NCBI RefSeq assembly: GCF_003018255.1
Contig: NZ_CP027440.1
DNA length: 64,000 bases
Strand: one strand, 5' to 3'
Origin: Escherichia coli
GTDB lineage: Bacteria; Pseudomonadota; Gammaproteobacteria; Enterobacterales; Enterobacteriaceae
In this document: in pieces, positions 57,676-64,000 of the stretch
Layout of the letters: each line of letters begins with the position of its first letter
How positions within the stretch are numbered: the first letter of the stretch is position 1
Position numbers and translations under genes: made by a program
The notes under the pieces: model-generated
The model's database searches: none
The model's input: the letters and a program-made list of their open reading frames with translations, nothing else
What the model was told of the DNA's origin: nothing

Positions 57676-58760
57676 TATGCCTCTCCCGTGAGCAACACTG
57701 TTTTCGGCATGGCGTAGAGCACTTCTACGCCTTGCGGGGTGACCAGCACAACATCTTCGATGCGCACGCCCCCTTGCCCTGGCAAATAAATCCCCGGCTC
57801 CACGGTCAGTAACATGCCTGGCTGTAGCGTCGTGGTGTCCCGCGGTGAAAAACGCGGATCCTCATGGACTTCAATACCGATAGCATGACCGGTGTTATGA
57901 CCGAAATAGTCGCCATAACCGGCTTCTGTAATCACCCGGCGCGCGGCGTCGTCAACCTGCTGGCAGCGTACGCCGGGGCGAATCGCGGAGATTGCTGCGA
58001 GCTGTGCCTGCAGGACAATCTGATAGACGTTAAACAGCGGGTGGGATTCGGCACTTACCCCTTCGCCATTCACCAGCAAGGTGCGCGTCATATCAGAGCA
58101 GTAGCCCTGATACAGCGCACCGAAATCGAGAGTGACAAACTCGCCCGCTGCAACAATCTTGTCGCTGGCTTTGCCGTGCGGCAGCGCCCCACGCCAGCCG
58201 CTGGCGACAATGGTATCGAAAGAGGCTTTTTCTGCGCCCTGCTGGCGCATAAACCACTCCAGTTCAGCGGCTATCTCGCGCTCGCTCATCCCCGCCTGAA
58301 TAAAGCGGCGAATATGCTCTGCACCGCGATCGGCAATCCCACAGGCGAGACGGATTTTCTCCACCTCCTCTGGCGTTTTGAGTTGCCGCAGCACATCCGG
58401 CGTGGCGCTAACCAGTTTCGCATTGAGTTCAGACTGCCAGCGGTGCGCGGTTTCCCAACTCACCTGCTGGCCTTCAAAACCGAGCGTTTGCAACTGCTCA
58501 TCGGCAAAGATTTGCCTGACGATGGTGGCAAGCGTGTGCATCGCGTCGAGCAAATGCAGCTGGTAACCTTGCGTGCGGGCTTCTACATCCGCGTAATAGC
58601 GCGAGTCCACCAGAATGTGCGCACTTTCACGGCAAATCACCACATAGCCTGATCCGGTGGAGATCCCCAGATGCGGCTGTTTGTTCTGCCGTGAGGAGAG
58701 AAGCACCGCATCCAGTTGTTGCGCCTTAAGCCAGTCGCGCAGCGAAGCGAGTAATGTCAT
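57675..58760 (-). CDS. ypdF: M24-family Xaa-Pro aminopeptidase YpdF
   Basis: 361 aa ORF; stop/start overlap with ypdE. Confidence 0.9.
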   Translation of the reverse strand: MTLLASLRDWLKAQQLDAVLLSSRQNKQPHLGISTGSGYVVICRESAHILVDSRYYADVEARTQGYQLHLLDAMHTLATIVRQIFADEQLQTLGFEGQQVSWETAHRWQSELNAKLVSATPDVLRQLKTPEEVEKIRLACGIADRGAEHIRRFIQAGMSEREIAAELEWFMRQQGAEKASFDTIVASGWRGALPHGKASDKIVAAGEFVTLDFGALYQGYCSDMTRTLLVNGEGVSAESHPLFNVYQIVLQAQLAAISAIRPGVRCQQVDDAARRVITEAGYGDYFGHNTGHAIGIEVHEDPRFSPRDTTTLQPGMLLTVEPGIYLPGQGGVRIEDVVLVTPQGVEVLYAMPKTVLLTGEA

Positions 58761-58774
58761 CAGGATTGTCCTTC

Positions 58775-60022
58775 TTACAGGCTATCGATTAACAATTTGC
58801 CTTTACGGAACATCATCAGACGCAGGAACACCACCATCAGCGCAGTTATGACTGCCCCCAGCGCGATCCCCGCCATGTAGACGCCGAGGTTAGTGACCAG
58901 CGGCCATGCCCAGATAGCGGACTCCGGGAACCATTGCACTGCGCCCAGCCAGACAGCGGCGGTTGAGCCGACAATCGCGCCGACCATATAGGACGGAATG
59001 GCGGTGATGGGGCTTTCCAGCGCAAACGGAATCGCACCCTCACTGATCCCCATAAACGCCAGGAACATGGCGGTTTTACCCTGCGGATAAAGCTGAGCAC
59101 TGAACAGACGTTTGCCGGTTAAACGGCGGTCGATAATGGTCGCCAGACCCAGACCAATCGGCGGAATAACAATAGCGATGGAACGCGCGGTAACCGGTAA
59201 TACGTGGTCAGTGGTAAAGCTGAAGGCAACGAAACCAGCTGCTTTGTTGATCGGGCCACCAAGGTCGATTGCTGTCGCCGCGGCGATCCCCATCGCGTAC
59301 ATTAGCGCACCCTTCTCACCTGCGGCAGTCAGCACGGTACGGATACCGCCGTTGATCCAGCCACCAAAGGGGGTGATGACGTAGTACATCGCCAGCATGA
59401 CAAAAATGGCGGAAAGAATCGGTAGCAAAAATGTGGTTTTGAACGCTAACAGGAAATCCGGTAACTGGATTTTCTGGTTCATCCACTTCACAAGGTAACC
59501 AGCAACGATAGAAATAATCAGGGCACCAATGAAGGTGGACGGCACCGGCGAAGAGGTCGCCCATTGCATCGTGCTGGGATCGAAGTTCAGCAGTTGCGTC
59601 GGCTGGGTAGACATCAACCCACCGATAAAACCAGCCGGGAACGCCAGTTTGCCACCGATAGAGTTCGCCACAAATGCAGCAAACATCGGAATGGCAAAAC
59701 CAAACAACACGCCGCCGAAGGACTGCGACAACCAGGCAAATTTCAGTAAGGAGAGGTCGAAACCGGAGAATTTCCCGCTATTAAGAGCATCCATGATGCC
59801 GATATCAGCAGGAATTTTAAGCCAGCTATAAGCAATCAGCTGGCTGAAAGCGAGGATCACACCGCCCATAATTAAGGTCGGCACCATGCGTGAAATCCCT
59901 GACATCACATGCTGCGGGAGTTCACCCCAGAAGCTGGTTTTAGAGGCCTGCGGATTCTTAACTGCCGCTGCCGCACCGGATGCGCCAGGCACAACGGTTG
60001 CACTGCGTTTTTTAATGGCCAT
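58775..60022 (-). CDS. fryC: PTS fructose-like EIIC component FryC
   Basis: 415 aa polytopic membrane ORF. Confidence 0.9.
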   Translation of the reverse strand: MAIKKRSATVVPGASGAAAAVKNPQASKTSFWGELPQHVMSGISRMVPTLIMGGVILAFSQLIAYSWLKIPADIGIMDALNSGKFSGFDLSLLKFAWLSQSFGGVLFGFAIPMFAAFVANSIGGKLAFPAGFIGGLMSTQPTQLLNFDPSTMQWATSSPVPSTFIGALIISIVAGYLVKWMNQKIQLPDFLLAFKTTFLLPILSAIFVMLAMYYVITPFGGWINGGIRTVLTAAGEKGALMYAMGIAAATAIDLGGPINKAAGFVAFSFTTDHVLPVTARSIAIVIPPIGLGLATIIDRRLTGKRLFSAQLYPQGKTAMFLAFMGISEGAIPFALESPITAIPSYMVGAIVGSTAAVWLGAVQWFPESAIWAWPLVTNLGVYMAGIALGAVITALMVVFLRLMMFRKGKLLIDSL

Positions 60023-60043
60023 AACAATTATCCCTGTCGAATA

Positions 60044-60370
60044 TTACTGTTGTTCAGAGGCAATCATCTCTTCGATTTCTTTGATGATGCCCGCAGCGTT
60101 TTTAATTGCGTCCTGCAAAGTGATTTCATAAACGTCGCGTGATTCGAAACGTTCGTTATCTTCCGGGGTAACCGCCACGGAGTGGATGATGATGGTCGCT
60201 TCGGCGATATCCTGCGCGGTCAGGCGATTCTGGATGCCGTCCGCGCCCTGAGTTTCAATTTTCACTTCATAGCCTGCTTCCACCGCCGCTTCTTCCAGCG
60301 CCTGGGCTGCCATAAAGGTGTGAGTCAGACCCATCGGGCAGGCACATAAAGCAATCAGTTTCTTACTCAT
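60044..60370 (-). CDS. fryB: PTS fructose-like EIIB component FryB
   Basis: ORF 60044-60421; start placed at MSKKLIALCACPMG (EIIB active-site Cys) giving 108 aa. Confidence 0.9.
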   Translation of the reverse strand: MSKKLIALCACPMGLTHTFMAAQALEEAAVEAGYEVKIETQGADGIQNRLTAQDIAEATIIIHSVAVTPEDNERFESRDVYEITLQDAIKNAAGIIKEIEEMIASEQQ

Positions 60371-60588
60371 CGTTAATTCCTCGTTCAGTGATAGTTGACG
60401 AGTGAAATTATGAACGTGCAAAACAAATCGCCGTTACCAGACAAATAATGCATTTACTGGAGAATTAATCCCGCTGTACGGAAGTGTGACGCAGGTCGGC
60501 CTTGTGAGGGGACACAAAGGAAAATTGAATTAACTGTATGATTTAAAAGATTATCGGGAGAGTTACCTCCCGATATAACAGGAAGGAT

Positions 60589-61554
60589 TTAGAGAATGTG
60601 ACCTAAGGTCTGGCGTAAATGTGCACCGGAACCAAGAAGGCCCGGATTGTCATGGACGATGAGATACACCGGAATATCATGGACATATTCTTTAAAGCGC
60701 CCTTTATCTTCAAATGCGGCACGGAAACCAGAGGCTTTGAAGAACTCAAGGAAGCGCGGCACGATACCACCCGCAATAAACACGCCGCCAAATGTCCCGA
60801 GATTGAGCGCCAGATTGCCGCCAAAACGGCCCATAATGACGCAAAACAGCGACAACGCGCGGCGGCAATCGGTGCAGCTGTCAGCCAGCGCGCGTTCGGT
60901 AATATCTTTTGGCTTGAGATTTTCTGGCAGGCGGTTGTCGGCTTTAACAATTGCGCGATACAAATTCACCAGCCCAGGGCCAGAAAGCACGCGCTCTGCC
61001 GAAACATGACCAATTTCTGCACGCAGTATTTCGAGGATAATGCCCTCTTCTTCACTATTCGGCGCAAAATCAACGTGACCGCCTTCGCCTGGCAAGCTTA
61101 CCCAACGCTTATCGACATGGACCAGATGCGCAACCCCTAGCCCCGTTCCGGCACCGTAAACCGCAATAGGCTTACCTTCTACCGGTTCTGCGCCACCAAA
61201 CTGAATCAGATGCTCTTTTTTCAGCATCGGGATCGCCATCGATACAGCGGTAAAATCGTTGATAATTTCCAGATGGCTAAAACCGAGATTCTTTTTCATT
61301 TCGGCAATTGAGAACGCCCAGGTATGGTTGGTCATTGCCACCCAGTCACCGGTAATTGGGCAAGCGATGGCAATACAGCCGTCTTGCACCTCGATCTTAT
61401 GTTCTTCAAGATAAACGCGAATGACCGCTTCGAGGCTGGGGTAATCAAGCCCTGAATAGGTCTTAGCCTGCGAGATTTCACCACTGGCAATATCACACAG
61501 AGCAAGACGTGCGTTGGTGCCGCCCACATCACCGACTAATGCATACTTTGTCAT
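60589..61554 (-). CDS. glk: Glucokinase
   Basis: 321 aa [23 protein letters not shown]... Confidence 0.95.
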   Translation of the reverse strand: MTKYALVGDVGGTNARLALCDIASGEISQAKTYSGLDYPSLEAVIRVYLEEHKIEVQDGCIAIACPITGDWVAMTNHTWAFSIAEMKKNLGFSHLEIINDFTAVSMAIPMLKKEHLIQFGGAEPVEGKPIAVYGAGTGLGVAHLVHVDKRWVSLPGEGGHVDFAPNSEEEGIILEILRAEIGHVSAERVLSGPGLVNLYRAIVKADNRLPENLKPKDITERALADSCTDCRRALSLFCVIMGRFGGNLALNLGTFGGVFIAGGIVPRFLEFFKASGFRAAFEDKGRFKEYVHDIPVYLIVHDNPGLLGSGAHLRQTLGHIL

Positions 61555-61757
61555 TCTTCAACTGCTCCGCTAAAGTCAAAATAATTCTTTCTCACACTGT
61601 AAATACCTGGGGGCATAACAACAACGCCGGAAAGGCAGGCTCCCTGTAAATATCGATCTGGGTCACACAATTACTTTATCGTTTCAGCACCAATTGCAGC
61701 GATGCCTTTTTGCAAGCTGGGCAAACTAAGTATCTGACCCCGCATAAGGAATAGAAC

Positions 61758-63014
61758 ATGCTCCATCCGCGAGCCAGAACCATGTTGTTATTATCGCTCC
61801 CCGCCGTGGCAATTGGGATTGCGTCCAGTCTTATTCTGATTGTGGTGATGAAAATCGCCTCGGTATTACAGAATTTGCTCTGGCAACGACTGCCGGGAAC
61901 TCTGGGGATAGCCCAGGATTCACCTCTCTGGATCATCGGTGTATTAACGCTAACGGGTATTGCAGTGGGGTTGGTTATCCGTTTCAGCCAGGGTCATGCC
62001 GGACCAGACCCCGCCTGTGAACCGCTGATCGGCGCACCAGTTCCGCCCTCTGCGCTACCAGGACTTATCGTAGCATTAATTCTTGGTCTTGCTGGTGGCG
62101 TCAGCCTGGGGCCAGAACATCCGATCATGACCGTCAATATCGCCCTTGCGGTTGCCATTGGCGCTCGTCTGTTACCGCGCGTCAACCGAATGGAGTGGAC
62201 TATTTTAGCCTCTGCCGGAACCATCGGCGCGCTGTTTGGCACACCTGTTGCGGCGGCGTTGATATTTTCGCAAACCTTAAATGGCAGTAGTGAAGTTCCG
62301 CTATGGGATCGTCTTTTTGCGCCGTTAATGGCGGCAGCAGCTGGTGCACTAACTACCGGATTATTTTTCCATCCTCATTTTTCACTGCCCATTGCGCATT
62401 ACGGACAGATGCAAATGACCGATATTCTCAGTGGTGCAATTGTCGCGGCGATTGCCATCGCAGCAGGGATGGTCGCCGTATGGTGCTTACCACGATTGCA
62501 CGCGATGATGCATCAAATGAAAAATCCGGTGCTCGTGCTGGGTATTGGCGGATTTATTCTCGGTATTCTGGGGGTTATGGGTGGACCAGTTTCGCTGTTT
62601 AAAGGGCTGGATGAGATGCAGCAGATGGTGGCAAATCAGGCTTTCAGCACCAGCGATTACTTTTTGCTGGCGGTGATTAAACTTGCCGCCCTGGTCGTTG
62701 CTGCCGCCAGTGGCTTTCGCGGTGGGCGAATCTTCCCGGCAGTGTTTGTCGGCGTGGCATTAGGGTTGATGCTGCATGAGCACGTCCCCGCCGTTCCAGC
62801 GGCAATAACCGTTTCCTGCGCTATTCTCGGCATCGTGCTGGTGGTAACACGCGATGGCTGGTTAAGTCTTTTTATGGCGGCAGTCGTTGTACCCAATACC
62901 ACATTGCTACCGCTGCTCTGTATCGTCATGCTTCCGGCATGGCTGTTATTAGCAGGTAAGCCGATGATGATGGTCAATCGTCCGAAGCAACAGCCCCCCC
63001 ACGATAACGTTTAG
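61758..63014 (+). CDS. yfeO: ClC-family putative ion transporter YfeO
   Basis: 418 aa hydrophobic ORF. Confidence 0.9.
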   Translation: MLHPRARTMLLLSLPAVAIGIASSLILIVVMKIASVLQNLLWQRLPGTLGIAQDSPLWIIGVLTLTGIAVGLVIRFSQGHAGPDPACEPLIGAPVPPSALPGLIVALILGLAGGVSLGPEHPIMTVNIALAVAIGARLLPRVNRMEWTILASAGTIGALFGTPVAAALIFSQTLNGSSEVPLWDRLFAPLMAAAAGALTTGLFFHPHFSLPIAHYGQMQMTDILSGAIVAAIAIAAGMVAVWCLPRLHAMMHQMKNPVLVLGIGGFILGILGVMGGPVSLFKGLDEMQQMVANQAFSTSDYFLLAVIKLAALVVAAASGFRGGRIFPAVFVGVALGLMLHEHVPAVPAAITVSCAILGIVLVVTRDGWLSLFMAAVVVPNTTLLPLLCIVMLPAWLLLAGKPMMMVNRPKQQPPHDNV

Positions 63015-63128
63015 CAAAAAATGCTCTCCTTTATGATTTAAGAGTTATGGCGATGATACGGGGCTTTACCTCCCCGTAATATTGCGTTAACAGGCCGCTG
63101 ACGGCTTCGATCGTGAAGGAGAATAACA

Positions 63129-63455
63129 ATGTTCAGGTCACTGTTTCTGGCGGCCGCCCTGATGGCATTTACCCCGCTTGCGGCAAACGCAGGTGAAATC
63201 ACCCTACTGCCATCAATCAAATTACAAATTGGCGATCGCGATCATTACGGTAATTACTGGGACGGTGGTCACTGGCGCGACCGTGACTACTGGCATCGCA
63301 ATTATGAATGGCGTAAAAACCGCTGGTGGCGTCATGATAATGGCTACCACCGTGGCTGGGATAAGCGTAAAGCGTATGAGCGTGGCTATCGTGAAGGCTG
63401 GCGCGATCGTGACGATCATCGCGGAAAAGGCCGCGGACATGGACACCGCCATTAA
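63129..63455 (+). CDS. ypeC: Periplasmic DUF2502 protein YpeC (basic, W/R/H-rich repeats)
   Basis: 108 aa ORF with signal peptide and repetitive WR/HR-rich mature region. Confidence 0.85.
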
Positions 63456-63477
63456 ACACATTCGCCAATGGAGCACA

Positions 63478-64000
<523 letters not shown>

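Noticed and set aside
57864-58652. 262-aa plus-strand ORF
   Set aside because: Fully antisense within ypdF; shadow ORF

Overview
This window is a contiguous stretch of Escherichia coli chromosome (the K-12 yfcJ/fabB to mntH neighbourhood), recognised from the translated ORFs; nearly every gene is a known E. coli protein. I did not find a convincing previously undescribed multi-gene system, and there is no CRISPR array, integrase, transposase or IS element visible. All identifications are from reading the sequence and recall of E. coli proteins and binding-site consensi; no database search was run. Gene order: yfcJ (partial), fabB, mnmC, yfcL, epmC, yfcA, mepA, aroC, prmB, smrB, the yfcO-yfcV chaperone-usher fimbrial operon, sixA, fadJ, fadI, yfcZ, fadL, mlaA, yfdC, tRNA-Arg argW, cscB-cscK-cscA-cscR, a dsdX 3' stub, dsdA, emrY-emrK, evgA-evgS, yfdE-yfdV-oxc-frc, yfdX, ypdI, yfdY, lpxP, ypdK, alaC, ypdA-ypdB-ypdC, fryA-ypdE-ypdF-fryC-fryB, glk, yfeO, ypeC and mntH (partial). 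The accessory content relative to K-12 is (1) the csc sucrose-catabolism cassette next to argW, where K-12 carries the CPS-53 prophage, dsdC and the 5' part of dsdX, and (2) an intact fimbrial usher where K-12 has a split pseudogene. Regulatory motifs readable directly in the sequence include twin perfect palindromes in the csc divergent promoter, four 18-bp EvgA-box-like inverted repeats, FadR and FabR operator-like sites, several hairpin terminators and REP elements.
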